Shown in pieces: positions 48,225-63,324 of a DNA stretch of 64,000 nt (position 1 is its first letter; the number at the start of each line of letters is the position of its first letter). A model generated the notes under the pieces. The model saw nothing but the letters and a program-made list of their open reading frames with translations. It did not search any database and was not told where the DNA came from. A program made the position numbers and the translations under genes. Source of the DNA: the human T2T-CHM13v2.0 reference genome, Homo sapiens; the NCBI RefSeq assembly GCF_009914755.1, contig NC_060932.1; one strand, 5' to 3'.

Positions 48225-50480
48225 AATCAGTTATTGACCTCTTTATTATCATAGTGTCTCTCAATGTCTCTAGTAATCCTGCAGTTTATTTTGTCTGACA
48301 TTAATATAGCCACTCTAGCTTTCTTATGCTTATTGATTGCATGGTATCTTTTTTATTCTCTTACCTTTAACCTGCTTGGGTCTTAATTTTAAAATATGTC
48401 CCTTGTTGAAAGCATATAGTTGGTTCTTAATTTTTTATTCAGTTTGAAACTCTCTCTTTTTTTTTGAGACAAGAGTCTCACTCTGTTGCCCAGGCTGGAG
48501 TGCAGTGACATGATCTTAGCTCACTGGAACCTCTGCCTCCTGGGCTCAAGCGAGTCTTGTGGACTCTTTCCCTTTTCTTTGAGGTTATTATAATTATTGG
48601 TAAATTTGTATTGAGGTCATCTATTTTTATCTTTATTATTTATCTCATTTGTTTTTTATTTTTTCTCTCTTTTCCTGCCTTCTTGTTTATCAAGTTTTTT
48701 TTAATATTTTGTTTCAATTCCTTGTTTTCTATCTATATCTCTCTGATATTTCTGTGTTTGATTTCTCTATGGATCTTTGAGTTAATATTAAACTAATTCT
48801 GATTTATCTGAAAATATCTCTTCCACCTTCATTTTTTAAGCAAAATAATTAGAAACACAATTCTTGATTGATAATTTATTTTGTTTTAACTGCACTTTGC
48901 TGTTTCAATATCTTCTGATTTACAGAGTTTCTGATGAGATGTCTGCCATAGATTTTATTGTTAGTTTCCTATTGGAATGTATTATTTCTTCTGGTTGCTT
49001 CCAAGGTTTTAGCTTTATGTTATGCTTCTGGCCAAAGATAGTCATAGTTTTACTGTGATGTGTTCAAGAATATATGTCTTTGTGCTTATTACGCTATAGG
49101 TTTGTTAAGTTTTGGGGACCTTTAAATTAATCATTTACACCCACTTTGGGAACGCTCCGACCACTATATATTCAAACAACATTTATATTCCTTTCTACGA
49201 CTTTACTTCTTCTATTCTTATTATATACATGTTGGATCATGCTTGATATTGTCTCATAGGTCTTTGAACTTCTGTTTTCCTTAAATATTTTAAATTTCTG
49301 TTATTTGAATCAAATCATTTCTATTGCTCTATCTTCATATTCACTGATTTTTTTCTTCTGATATCTCTAAAATTTAACTAATTTTTCTTTAGAGCTATAA
49401 TTTCCATTGTAATAGTTTCTAATTCCCCATTTGAATTCCTTATTAGACAATTCATTCATGTCACATTTTGAAACACTTTTCTGCTGACTACAGTATCTTT
49501 GCAATGCCATGTTTTTTTTTATTGCCTTTTTTTCCTTAGTATGGGTCACTGTTTTCTGTTTCTTTGCATGTGTAGTAATTTATGGTTGAAAAGCAGACTT
49601 TGTAGATAACACATTATAGTGACACTGGATTATGTTGTGTACTTTTGAGGATTATTGCATTTTTGTTATAGTAAGTAGTTAACTTAAAAGGATTCAAAGC
49701 TCAAATGTTATCTCTCTTGTAGTGTGTAGCACCTGATAGCCTTAGTCTCTTCTTATGGCTTCCAGTGTTGTATTTTTAGCCTGACTCTCTGGGGATCTCC
49801 TAGGTGCCTACAAAACTTGGTTATTTGCCAAGAATTTGGGCGGTGTGAGGTTCACCCTCTCAGTTTTGTTTTCTTCTAGGCTTTTCCCCTAATTTCTAGT
49901 TTGTCTACCCACCTCAGGTTTTCTATCCTTACATTTCAGGCCTATAAGACTTCCTTTTTCTGCCGCCCAAGCTGTGCAAAATGGGAAAGACACGTAATTA
50001 AAAAAAATAATAATAGAAAACTCACAGATCTTATCCTTTGTAGTTCTATCTTTAAAGAGTAAATGTCCAGCTGGTCTACTTATGCCTTTTACTGGTCCCT
50101 TTGGGATGCTCCTGTGCATGTACAGTTTAGCTGTCAGCTGAGGAATTTGGCAGAATTTATAACTGGTGTTTATATCTCACTACTTCTGTGATTCTCATTG
50201 CCAGGAATCATTCTTTAAAGTGTTACCTCCTCTTCTATCCCTATATCCCGACCTCTGGCACTTTAGGCCAGTAAGATTATGGGTTTTCGCATCTGCAGCC
50301 ACGGGGATCACAGAGCACCCTCAATTGAGAAAGCTGTAAATTACCAATCCTTCTCACAGTTGTGGTTTTTCAGGATTAAACTCTCCTCTCGCTACTGTCT
50401 GGTTTGGGATGCTTTCCAGTGTCTTTAAATTGTTTAAAGTTTTAAAATCCAGTTTTTATAATAGCCATCTGCAGGAGGAT
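48225..50480 (-). mobile_element. Old L1M 5'/ORF1-ORF2 fragments, with an Alu monomer fragment at ~48455-48556
   Basis: tgacattaatatagccactctagctttctta; ORF 49367-49549(-) contains ELSNKEFK, similar to L1 ORF1p. Confidence 0.65.
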
Positions 50481-50959
50481 TCATGTAACCACTCTACTCC
50501 CGTACCATTGCTCCTAATTAGATTTGGCCCTGGGAAAATACTATGTGTAAGACACGCAGGGTGGGGTGAAAAGTTTTTCTGTTTCAGACATCTTATTAAG
50601 CTGAGTCCATTTTTTGTCATTTGGTCTCCTTTCATTCCTTTTTATCTCCTGTGAAATTCCTAGCGGCTATGTCTTCAAATAAAATGTAAGCTCTTGAGGC
50701 TAGAGCTCTTCATGAAATAGAACTGGGTATGCTGAAAACCTTCAGTAAATTATACAGCCTCATCAATAACAATAACTATGGTGAAAATAAAAGCAATTGG
50801 TCCTCTTAATGCATTCCTACTAGAGGAATAAGCACTTACTATGGATTCTACACTGTATTTGCTTTGCACTACATTGATTTAGAGATGGAAGATTGAATGT
50901 AATGGCAGCCACCTGGATGCTTTCTTCTGAACACCCAAGGTTTATTCAATTTTGTCATT

Positions 50960-51600
50960 CACCTCTTTTGAATCTAAGGCTGGCATATATTGGTTTTGCC
51001 TGCCCTGCAGCCATCCTCCCTTTTGATCCAATGTCTTAATTTCTCCTTCTGGAACCATCCTTGACTCATCCAGATGAGTGGGACCAAGTGCAATAGGTCT
51101 ATGTCCAGGATAATTAAAATGTCCCTGTCCTTGGCTGGGGACTGAACATGTAATATGATCCAGGTGGGTCCACTGAAATTTATTCCTGAAAATCTTTTTT
51201 TTTTGAACTTTGGAGAAAAAGAAATTCTCCTTCACCTGATATTGCTAAGAAGATTGAGAATGAAACTTTATTGACTTCTCACTATTAATAACTTCAAAGA
51301 AAAATAAAAGCAATGTGGATTTGGTCATTGGTTTTTTAGTCCTATTTCTGGAGAGATGGAAGCCACCTTGACGTCTCCTGGGAAGAGTCTACCTCACTGA
51401 AATCAAAACAGGAGAAATTATACTTAAAAGATGGCATTTGTTTGTGTTCCTGGAAGCAGCCATCTCGGAAACTTTTATACCTAAAGTTTACATCTGAATT
51501 TTTTAGTAACCTGAGCTCATACATTTCTTTTATGCCAAAGTCAGTATGAGGTAGTTAGGTTTCTATCACTTGGGACCCAAGGAACCCTGACTAAAAAGTA
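50960..51600 (+). mobile_element. MLT1J/K-like MaLR LTR
   Basis: Degenerate MLT1 motifs and 3' end (aaccctgactaaaa). Confidence 0.45.
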
Positions 51601-51661
51601 ATAATTAATTGTCTCTTTAGATCTCACGGATGCATTAGAATCACCCAAGACCCGACATAAC

Positions 51662-52107
51662 TGTAGTGGGTTGAATAATATCTCCCCAGAGTTCATGTCC
51701 ACATAGAACTTCAGAATGTAACCTTATTTTGAAATAGGGTCTTTGCAGACGTTGAAAGTTGAGATGCTATCATACCGGATTAATGTGGGTCCTAAATCTA
51801 ATGGCTGTTGTGGTTGTAAGAAGAGGAGAGAATACACAGAGACACGAAGAAGAAGGTGATGCAAAGATGAAAGCATAGATTAGAGTGATGCATCTACAAG
51901 ACAAGGAATGTAAAGGTTTACCAGTAGTCACCAGAGGTTGGAAAAATCAAGGAAGGATTCTCTCCTGTAGCCTTCAAAGGCAGCATGGCTCTGCCCACAC
52001 TTTGATTTCAGAATCCTAGACTTCAGACTGAGATAGAATAAATTTCTATTGTTATAAGCCACCCACTTTGTGGTAGTTTGTTATGATAGCTCTAGGAGAC
52101 TAATACT
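51662..52107 (+). mobile_element. MLT1B/C MaLR LTR
   Basis: tgtagtgggttgaat...aaatagggtctttgcag...ctaggagactaatac. Confidence 0.85.
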
Positions 52108-52227
52108 GTAATTCCCACTTATCTTTCCAGCCTCATTATAGAGGCAACAGAGAGCACAGCGGATAGTGGTACAGACCCTGGAATTGGACTCTTTGAATTC
52201 AAATTTTGGCCATTTTACTTAAATCTC

Positions 52228-52660
52228 TGTAGTAGTCCAGGTTTTCCAGATAAGCAGAATTTATAGGAGATAGATATATTAAAAAGAGGTTCATTATAAG
52301 GATTTGGTTCACATGGGTATGCAGGCTGAGAAATTCCAAGATCCAAAGTCAGCAAGACCCAGGAGAGCTGATAGTATAGTTCTGGTCCAGGTACTAAGGC
52401 CTGAGGAAAAGATCAATGTCCCGGGTCAGCAGCAGTCAGGCAGAGAATGAATTATCTCTCATTCAGTCTCATTCTCTTCAGCCCTTCAATGAATTGAATG
52501 GGGCTCACTTGCATTGGAGCAGGCAATCTGCTTTACTCATCCACCATTTCATAATAATTTCACTGAGAAACATCCTCAAGACACAACCAGAATAATGTTT
52601 AATCAAACATCTAGGTATCCCAAGTCCCAATCAAATTGAGACATGAAATTAACTATCACA
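52228..52660 (-). mobile_element. MLT2 (ERVL) LTR inserted in a MIR
   Basis: tgtagtagtccaggttttccaga...gagcaggcaatctgctttactc...aattaactatcaca. Confidence 0.8.
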
Positions 52661-52984
52661 TCCTGGGTCTCAGTTACCTAACAGAGCTAATAAGAGTAAT
52701 AACTCCCTTCTTAATAAGGTTGTGGTGAGAATAAAATGAGTTTATATTTTAAAGCACTTAAAACAGGCTTTGGCACACAGGAAACACTTAGTAAATAGCT
52801 ATTGTTATCATTTATTATCATTATCATTATCACTCTCTCCTGCCACAGCCCCACAAATGCTGCCTGCTCCAACTATAGTAAACTGTTTGTAGTTCTTCAA
52901 ACAGAACTTAGACCAAGGAACTTGAGAGAGCTTCTTGCTCAGGATCAACCAGCTTCCATGTGTCATATTATTTCTTTTCAATTT

Positions 52985-53315
52985 ACCTTTTATTTTTAAA
53001 TTTAAAAAATTATTTTCAACTTTAGTTGACACATAATATTTGCATTTGTTGGGTACATGGTGATGTTTTAATACATGTATAAAATGTGTAATGATTAAAT
53101 TAGGATAATTAGCATATCCCTCACCAAAAATATTTATGATTTCTTTGTGGTGAGAACATTCAAAAGCCTCCTCCTAGCAATTTTGAAATAGATAATATAT
53201 TAACTATAGTCACCCAACTGTGCAATGGAGCACTAGAAATGATTCCTGCTGTCGGTCTAACTGTACCTTTGTACCCATTGACCAACCTCTCCCTATTCCC
53301 CCGTTCTCCCCATCC
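52985..53315 (-). mobile_element. L1MA/MB 3' end
   Basis: ctttgtggtgagaacattcaaa...ctaactgtacctttgtacccattgaccaacctctccc. Confidence 0.8.
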
Positions 53316-54025
53316 ATGTGTCTGATTTAGAATTCAAATCCTGGTTTGCTTCTATGCATAACAGGCACAATGACTTATTCCAGAGCAAAAATAGTGAATG
53401 GTGTGGAAGGCCCCTCTCTCCATTTCTCCAACCTATTCTTTATCCTGAGCCCTCTCCCCTAGCTGTCAGGGCTTTTGACCAAGTTCAGTAATCACACTGT
53501 GGTCGTAGGGGATGGCCCGCACTCTGAACAGAAGTGTTAATTTTACTTAAGGCCTGCCTGAGTTTTCTTCCCTACAGTAACAGACTCCTCCTCTTGTCTT
53601 TAAAATCAGGAAATAGCTTTGTTTTTGGGGAGGGAGGGAAGGGGAACTTTAAAAAGCTCATTACTTCTATTTGTCATATTTGCAATCAGTAAGACATACC
53701 CTAAAAGAACTTTTATAAGCTTAGAAAGACAGACTAGAAAGGAGGGCCCATAAACCTTTACAGATATTTCTGATAAAAACAAGTGGGAAACATTCTTCAG
53801 TGTTCTATAAACTTTGCCTTCGAAGCCTGTATTGATCTTGTCTTGGTCTCTGTCAACACAGGTATCCCTTGGGTCAATATATCCTGATTTTCCATCCCAG
53901 CACAGGCTGGAATGAAGAAACGACTTTTTGATATTTCCAGTCAAGACATTTTCTTTGTGTTGAGGACATAAACACTGTCACAACCCTAGAGAGGTAATAC
54001 CTGTGTATACATAAGATATACATAG

Positions 54026-54547
<522 letters not shown>

Positions 54548-54707
54548 TGACTGTTTATCATGAGAAAATAATGTTTCTTTCAAGTCTAGAGCTAATTGCC
54601 AAACTCTTTAGCTTTTCTTGTCTCCTAAATTGGGATAAGTTCATCAAGTTTTTATTTCCTCTCCTACTACAAAGGGGCCATCCTGTAACAGGAAGTTTTA
54701 TTCTATA

Positions 54708-54930
54708 AAATAAAGTTTTATCCTGAGCAGGGTCAGCAAACTCTTTCTGTAAAGGATCAGATAGTAATTACTCTTTGGCTTTGTTGGTCATACATAGGTC
54801 TCTGTTGCAATTACTGACCTTTGCCATTGCAGTGAGCAAAACAGAGCCATAGGCAATGTGCAGACACGCCATGTGTCTGTGTTTCCAATAAAACTTTATT
54901 CGTAAAGAAAAAGTAGTTTGCCAGTGTCTG
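54708..54930 (-). mobile_element. MER58A
   Basis: cagggtcagcaaactctttctgtaaagg...ccaataaaactttatt. Confidence 0.75.
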
Positions 54931-57900
54931 TTCTAGAACATTCCTTGTGAAAGATGAGGTGATTTGGTGTATTTCTGATTTTCTTACTTGGTTTTATCCT
55001 CTTGGTGTGGTTGCCCAAGATTGCACCATTAAGAGTGCGACTAGATTTGAACCAGGTCTGCCTGAATCCAAGCTCATGCTTATTCCTCCTTCATCACACT
55101 TCTTCTCCAGGGATACAAGTTTTTGCTGAGGCAGACTGGAGTCATTTTTCCTTTCCAAACATCTTTAATGGCTTTTCTTTGCCCATTTAATAAGGAGTTG
55201 TTTCCTTAGCCTGGCATCTAAGTCTCACTAAAGTAGGGTTCCAACCTCTTTTTTCAAGCTTCTCGTCCACTGGGCCTTTCCCCAGAACTTCCACTGTGTC
55301 TGTCCCCTTTTACCCACTCACTCTTTGCCAGGCAGCTGAAGTGCATTTTCACTGCTGCTCCAAGGACTGCGTGGCCCCCCTGCCAGGAACACCTTCCCTT
55401 GTTCCTATATCTGTCTTTCTCTACTTTCAAGACAAGTTGAATTCCACTTATGGAATCTGGGTTAGATACTCTCCTAGGTATTCTAGTATAACACTCACCT
55501 ACCTAAAACTCTCCAACACCTTTCCATCACACTCACCATGGCTTACAAAGTCCTCTGTGCTCTGTCCACTGGTGACCATAGCCTCTCCCACAACCAGAAC
55601 CCCCCACCTCCACTTACCCAGCTCTACATGTACCTGGCTTCATGGCTGTATGTGAAGCACTCTCCCACCTCACTGAATGCTCTTCTTCTTTTTGTATAAC
55701 TCACTTCCTTCCACCATTCAGATCTCTCCTTAAATATAATCCCCTTCAACATCCCTTCCCTGGCTACGTGATGTAACACAGCATACCCCAAAGCTGTTAT
55801 GGGGCCTTGTTTTAATTTTCATATTACCCCATATGAAAAACCTGACAATATAGTATATGTTCATTTGTTCATTGCCTTCTCCCCAAGTAAATGGAAAGCC
55901 CCTCAAAAAAAGGGCTCTTCATGTTTTATTCACCAAATTGATCAACTGCTTAATCAACATTTGTTGACTGAATGAGGCCATCAGCAGAATAAAACTCATT
56001 CTGGGAAAAACATAAACAAAAGATAGAGCAATTCAGGCATCAGATAAGTGTTTGAACCAAATCCCTTTACAACCCTTCTGATTCTAAGGTTTGATGACTT
56101 GAGGTGATACTATCTCTCTCTGAAAATCAGATCACCCCCTTGACTTCTGTGTTTCTGTTGATGGGTCCGCTGTCCTTTTAGTCATTCACGGTTTAAAACA
56201 CACCATCTGTCAGAGTATGTTGTCAGGCCCCTTCTCCATCCTTCAGCCTGGCTTCCTATACATGTTGGCTTCATGCCACCTGGCTGGCTTTCTCTATGGG
56301 GTAGAGAACATGGCTGTATATATTTCCAATTTGTTTCCTCCTAGTTTAGCAACATCAGCTGAGAAAAGACTTCTCTTTCCCAATATCTGTGTATTGATCC
56401 AGAAAAATATTCTGAGTGGCTCTTGTTGAGGAATCTGCCCACCACTGGACTGGTCATTATTACAGTGGATGGGTTTTTATGATGGACCTTCTTGCATCCA
56501 CTCCTGAGACTGAGGGTTAGAGTGAGACTACCCTGACGGAAGACCTATTAGACCCATTTGGAATGGAAAAGGTTGTGGTTCCTTCGAGGAAGTAGAAGGA
56601 CTGGGAAGACAGTAGCAGCACATGTCTCCTGTGTAGTTGCCTATAAATGTTCTTAAGATGCACTTTTGATTGTGTTACTTCCTTGCTGAAGGAAACAAAA
56701 AGGGCCAGTGCCTCTGTGTGGAAGTCATGGCCAGGTCCATGATGTTCCAGCACTGTGGGTGTAGGAGGTTTCTAGAAGAGCTGGTGAGCTTGCTGAATAC
56801 TTGAGGTTAGACTTTTTCTGCTCCGGAGCACTGTCTTTAGATGGCTGTCTAATCAAGCTTTTCTGAAATGCACCACCCATTTTCTGTCTTTCTGTTTGCT
56901 TCAAATGCTTTTTCTTCCTGGAATGATTTCTTCCTCTGTCTCCATCTGAACCCACACAGAAGTGCTTTACTCCAGTGTTTTCTAAACACTTTCTGAAATC
57001 TTTTCTGGTGCCCCTCCCTTGAATATTCACAGTCTTTTTTTTTCTTTTCTTTTTTTTTTTTTTTTTTTTTGGTACATTTGTATTGGCGCTTCTACATAAA
57101 CAGGTTGAGCGTAAGGACTTCTTTTTTTTTCTGTTTTATTTTTGCATCCCCTCCTGTTCCTATAATGTTTCTGGAAGGCACAATTAATATTCATTGGACT
57201 GAATTTAATGAAACAGAGTTAAATATATCAGTCTACCTAACATCTATAGTCTCTATCATTCATTTAGTATTTACATTTGCCAACCTCTATTGTTATTTAC
57301 TTCTTTATGCATATTTGTCTAAGCAGGATTACTATTATCTAGCATGGAGCCTTCACAACATTAGGTTGCCAAAAGATGTTTTGTTCAATGTGACACATAT
57401 TGATTGTGTGCCTTTTATATGCTGAGCACTAATATCGGGGCTACGGCTACAACAGAGAACATGGCAGACCTGCTTGCTGCCTTTATAGAGACCCTAGTCT
57501 ATTCTGGGAGTAAGATAATGAAATGTGCATTTATAGAACTGTGTGCTGAGAGCTGAGATGGGAGAGGGGAGCTGCCAGAGAATATGGGTGGGTTGGGGAA
57601 ATGTTGCTTAATCTGTGTTTGTGAGATGAATGACTAGGGAAGTTATGAGTGAGAAATAGCCATTTTCTTTCTTGAAGATGTCCTCTTCTTCAACTTATAC
57701 TAAAGCCCTCACATAGGGCTAAGCCCCGTCTTGTAGTTTGGTTTTCCATAGTGCTGTCTTTTTTCCTTTCTTATTGCATTTAACACATTATATTGAAATG
57801 TAGGTGTACCTCTGTAGTCTGCTTACACACAGAAAACAGATTGTATCACACTCAACAGGTCTGTCCCTGGCATCTAGCACTATGCTTGGTACATAATGAA

Positions 57901-59554
57901 TGTTCAAGAAATGTCTGTTGGGTGCAAAAAAAAAAATGAGCTAAACAAAGTGGATCTGAGTTGTGTTGGGGAAAATGAGAGGTTTATCAGAAAGGTGCGT
58001 TGATGGGGGCACCTTAAGGCCAGGGTAATAAACTCCAAGCATTTATGGAACATGACTCTTTGTTACAGAAGAGGGGGTAAAGGCGCCTGGGGACAGTGAC
58101 AAAGACTGATGTTCTGATGTTGTTTGAAGCGAGATAATTTCATAGCTTCAAATAGGGAAGCACATGACCATTTGTGCTAGACCAGAGGACAATAGACCTT
58201 GACTCACAACCACAGAGGCAGGGGAGATGGAGTTACTATCTTCTGCCAAGAGGTTACTCAAAATTAAACCTTCCTCCCAACTCCCAAAAGCCAGAGCCAT
58301 GGCCTTGTCTGGGATTTGCCTTGTTTAGAAGAAGTCTGTTCTTTGGCACATGGGTTTGTTTTCCTTCTTCAAAAACAAAAATAGACTCAGTCCTTGAGTA
58401 AACTATTCTCAGGGTAAGGAAGGGGGTTTTGAAGTGCAGTCAGAAAAATGGATACTGAATGAACAGATACCCTTGGGAACTGTCGCCCTAGGCAGGGGAA
58501 GTGGGGAGAAGTGAGAGTTGTGGTGGTTATCTGTTACCACCAGGAATGTGATAACTGCTAATCATTATTATTGTTATTTTCTCACATTCACTGTGGTATA
58601 ACCATATGCCAGGCACCATGCTGGGCACATGACATGGACATTATCATTTGTTTCAGAAAACAACCTCCTGTTGTAGAGACTACCAGTATCCTCATTTTGC
58701 AGATAGGTAATTGAGGCAGGGAATAATTTACTGAGCATTAATTTGTGCCAAATAGAATACTGAGTGGCACATAGAGCTCATGTAATTCTCCCAACAGCTT
58801 TATAAAGTAGGTACCTTGTAATACTTCTTGGTAAGAGGATAACTGGTATAAAGTTTCTGTTATGCCAGTTGTCTATCAGATAACTGAGACCCTAAGATGT
58901 GAAGTCATTGTTCAGAGTCACACAGTAAATGGTGTTGAAATTGGAATCTGTGTTCCAATAAGCAGACCTGGAAGCCCCCGTAACCTTCCACTCCATGGCA
59001 CAAATCTGCCTCCTAGACCAGGCATGTGTCTATGGGTAACAAGGAGGGGGTTATGGGGAGTGATTGGGGGCACTAAGAGTGATCAGGACACCTGAAGTTC
59101 AGAGACCTGAACTTAAAAATAGTAGTAATTGTTAATTTTCTGCTCCTGTGTTCAGGGACTTGATCTAGATTGTGTTGAGTTCTAGCAGCCCTTCTCTAAT
59201 AGGGCAGCCATTATCCCCATTTTACAACCTAGGAAAGTGAGACTTCAGATGGCTAAATCACTTGCTAAATGTTACTAAGCTACTCAGTGGGGAAGCTGGG
59301 CTTTGAATATAGGTCCACTAAGAACTTAAGCCAGTGTGGACTCTTCTAGGAGACCTTCCCCCTGGTTCTCAAGTCTATACACATGAACCCTACTTTATCT
59401 GCTAAAACAAAATATATCTGCAGAACAAAATATATCTGCATGTTACAGGGCAAAAGCCTCTAGGAAGATGAAATTGGATTCAGAAAGGTGAAATATTTTA
59501 TGATGGTCAAAACATAATTGGTGACACTAAGCACATATAGTCAGGATTACTATC

Positions 59555-60316
59555 CAGAGCATCATACTTGCAGGTTTCATGTGGGTGTGGCAAGGGCGAG
59601 CACACATGGCCCCTTGCTCAGAAGAGCCCCAGGCTTGGTTTAATGCTCTGTAGTCACTAGCTTGAAACTCTTACAGATTTTTATCTTTGAATTTGAGTTT
59701 TGTAAGTAAAGTCTGATGGGGTAATGCAGCATGTAAGTGATGAGAGGAGATAGGCACTGTATCACATTTCTTGTTTATCACATATCGTCCTTGCCATGCC
59801 CCATGAGGACAGAATTCTGGTGGATCCACAAAGCCCAGAAGTTCAATGGAACTCACAGCCAGTACGAGATAAGTGTGTGATGAAAGCCGCCAGCCATTTT
59901 GACTGTTGGTATAACGTGTGTGTATTGAAAGGTAAAATAAACATAACTGAGTTTGTTTTGGGCAGTGTTTTTATTCTTTTGGTAAGAACAAAATATACCT
60001 GCGTGTATAGGCTAGAAAGTACAAATTGGGTAATTTTGATGATTCTGTATGTGGATTCAATGCTCTTATACTTGCACTTAAAACTGGAATTGTACAATAT
60101 AAAGATGAATGATAAAATGTATGCTGATGATTTAAAATATTTATTATGCCTTACTTATATTTATATTAAATAAAAAATTTAAAACAGCATGACAAGTCAA
60201 AAGAGAGACTGACAGAAAGGAAATAGTTTTATATTTTATTAATAGTACTTTGAATGATAATTTCCCCCTGCTTTTCCAAGAAGGGGACTCTCATTTTTAT
60301 CATGTTGTCAGCTCTG
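59555..60316. mobile_element. hAT DNA transposon fossil with MER53-like ends
   Basis: cttggtttaatgctctg...cttgaaactctta and aagaaggggactctcattttt; a related fragment lies at ~25340-25440. Confidence 0.55.
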
Positions 60317-60969
60317 CTTTCTTGTGAGAACAGCAACTTGAGGCTCAGAGAGGTCAGTGACTTGTCTTAGGTCTAGGAGTTGACAATCATCCAAGTGTCC
60401 ACAGTCTGATTTTGCTGGCCTGCTGGGGATGGCTGGACTCGGAATCTCTGAACAGTTGGGTGGTGACACTTCTATTTCAACACCCATTTTTACAGACTAG
60501 TTCACTCATTCCTATAGACTGGTTCTCCCTAGTGCTAAGGAGAATAGAAATAGTTAGGAACTTGGATTCTTCTCATTTTTCCTACTTCTGTTCCTATCTG
60601 TAGACAAACTTATCTCTAGACCAACTTGAAGTACGATGAAGAAGCACCGGATGAAAAAACTTAGAAAATATGCATGTATAAGTTAGTTATTGTTATTTGT
60701 GTATTCAAGTTGCTGTTCTATCCCTTCTAGCTGGGAGATTTTGGGTATCTGTTAAAAAAACCTCTAAACTGGAGCCATTTGTCTTCTGATTCTCTACCTT
60801 CACATCTTCTCATACTGAGGTCAAGTGTACCTCCTCCCAGAATCCTTACCTGATTCTACCTGAGAATACTGAGATGGAGAATTTAAGTATAGACTTCAGG
60901 TCCCGCAGCTTAATCAGGGATTCACATCTATGTATTATGTATATTGTTTCACTTTCCTGACTATTTTAT

Positions 60970-61345
60970 TCTTTTTCCTGCCTCAGGACATTTGCACATG
61001 CTGTTTCCCAGAAAAATCCCTCACCCCACACCCCACCAGGACTTGAAGGCAGCCTCCTGCTGATCCTTCAGTCCTCAATCTCATTGTCCCTGCTGGAAGA
61101 AACTTTTCCTATTCTCCTATCTGGAGGTTGCTGTATTACTCTCTCTTCTCTCCTCTGGCACCCTGTTCTCTTTCCTTCATAATGCCACCACAACTTTTAA
61201 TCTTATACCAACTTCTTCATTTATTAGTTAATGTCTATGACCCTCTATAAACTCTACAAAGACAGGGACAGTGGTGTTTTTATAACTTGACCACCATTAC
61301 CTGTCCCTCTATCATATCACAGAATTGTGAGTGCACAATTAACTT
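60970..61345 (+). mobile_element. L2 3' fragment
   Basis: cctcaggacatttgcacatgctgtttccc. Confidence 0.6.
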
Positions 61346-62514
61346 TTTTAATATTTATTTTTGGTGGGGATCAGGATTGAACAAATTAAGGAGAAGTTGT
61401 AAGTATAGCGAGAGGAAGGAGGACAACCTGGGGAATGCAAAAAACTTACTCTCCCCAAGGGAGTTTGGTGATGGAGGCAAGAGGGCAAGGTACCTGGGCA
61501 CACCTGTGAAGCTGTTGTGTGCTCTGTGGCTTGGCTATTCTGCAGTCACAGGTTCCTAAGTGTGCTGCTGTGGCGACCAGGGGGTGTCTCTCGTGTGGGT
61601 GGTCCTCCCTGAAGTATGCAGCTGCTGTGCAGGCCGAGGCCCAGCAAGAGCTTGTCCGAGGCCTGATAGATGGAACAGCCCACAGCATTTTTCTTGCCTG
61701 GTTGCTGGCAGCTCTCTGACTTCAAAGCTGGGACACGCTGACCCAGAACACTGTGACCTTTGGCACGATTTCCTCTATCCTCTCCCCTGCTCGCCCAGCA
61801 AGGAGGAAGGAGCCCAGCTCCCTTGAACTGGTTTTTGCTGCCTGGAGGGCAAATTTTTCTTTGATTCAGAGACTGGAGAAAGGGAGACATAGGGGAGGAC
61901 CCGAGGCAGTTGCCTTCTGAACATCCGGGGAGCCAGACTGGGTTCCACTGTGCTTGGAATTTGGCACTTTGGTAAACTGGGTGGCAGCCTGGGAGATTTT
62001 CTCTTTCTCAGCTTGAAATGGGTCCTGTTGTTAGAAGTACCTGCCTAGACTCTGGAAAAAACAGGGCAGGGCCACTTCTTGTCTACCAGCCCTTGCCATC
62101 CAGCCTCCCAAGTGCCATCTGATTAGATGAGTCAAATTGCATTCTGATTTAGCTGAGAGTTACTAAGGGCTCCCTGAGTAACTCTTCTGTCATCTTTGAA
62201 ATGTAGATAGTAATAGGAACTTTCTAGAACCAGCATGAGGATTGGAGCTGTGTGCATAAAGTGCCTAAGCACAGTGCCTGGCACAAGGCAGAAGGGAATC
62301 AATAAGTAGTAGCTGCCATCACCATCAACAGCGATGCCGTAGTTTTTTCTAGGCTGCCCTATCACACATTTTATCCTTTTGGATTGACACAACCCCTTCT
62401 TTGAAGAGGAAACTGAGGTTGGGAAGTGATCAAATCACTCTCCCACAGTAACATTGCTAATATTTGTTAAAATAAAGGCCACAAATCCAAGTCTGTCCCA
62501 CTGCATTTTGGGTC

Positions 62515-62728
62515 TTCCTTCCTTCCTTTCTTTCCTTTTTTCCTTCCTTCCTTCCTTTGTTTCTTTCCTTTTTTCCTTCCTTCCTTCCTTCCTTTGTTTC
62601 TTTCCTTTTTTCCTTCCTTCTTTCCTTCCTTCCTTCCCTCCTTCCTTTTCTCCTTCTCTCTCTTTCTTTCTTTCTCTCTCTTTTTTACCATTTATGTATG
62701 TATGTATGTATGTATTTATTTATTTATT
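62515..62728. repeat. (TTCC)n/(TTTC)n/(TATG)n simple repeats
   Basis: Direct inspection. Confidence 0.9.
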
Positions 62729-63324
62729 GCCTTGGCTTACCTCCGTGAGCCATGGAAGTAGAAACTAGTTTATGTTGTTGGCATCTGCTGAAGACATATG
62801 ATTGTCACTGTAACCATCACTATCAATAACAGAGAGCAGAGATAGCTGCCAACACCAGCAGAGGACTTAATAGTTTATGAGGTACTTTCACCTACACTGC
62901 CATTTTGGCATCCACAATCTTGCGTTTGTAGATGGAAAAATCAAGAAAGTTTTAAGACAGTGACTTCATAGAGTTACTTCCTTCTACATAGTTAAGGCCT
63001 TATTTGCCTATGCCAGGGAGTGATTAGCTAATTCCTGGGATATGTACTTATGTGACCTCTTTTAATCTCAACTGTGCCATCTATGAGCTTTGTGACCTCA
63101 ATCATTCTGTGTGTCTTTCTTCATCTATAAAATGAAGATAATTATAGCAATATGAGACAATATATAACAACTGCTTATCACAGTGTCCAGAACATACAAA
63201 AGCTTGATAAATAATAGATACATACTACTATCAGGTTGGAAAAAATGTATTCTGTTGCTAGAATTTTTTATTTCTTTTGCAATGATAGTAGCTGGGTAAA
63301 ATTGGACTTAAAAATATTAAATTC

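Noticed and set aside
59405-59440. Short tandem duplication aacaaaatatatctgca
   Set aside because: Ordinary slippage duplication with no functional indication
63229-63300. TATCAGGTTGG, resembling a mariner TIR start
   Set aside because: Similarity ends after ~10 bp and there is no partner TIR
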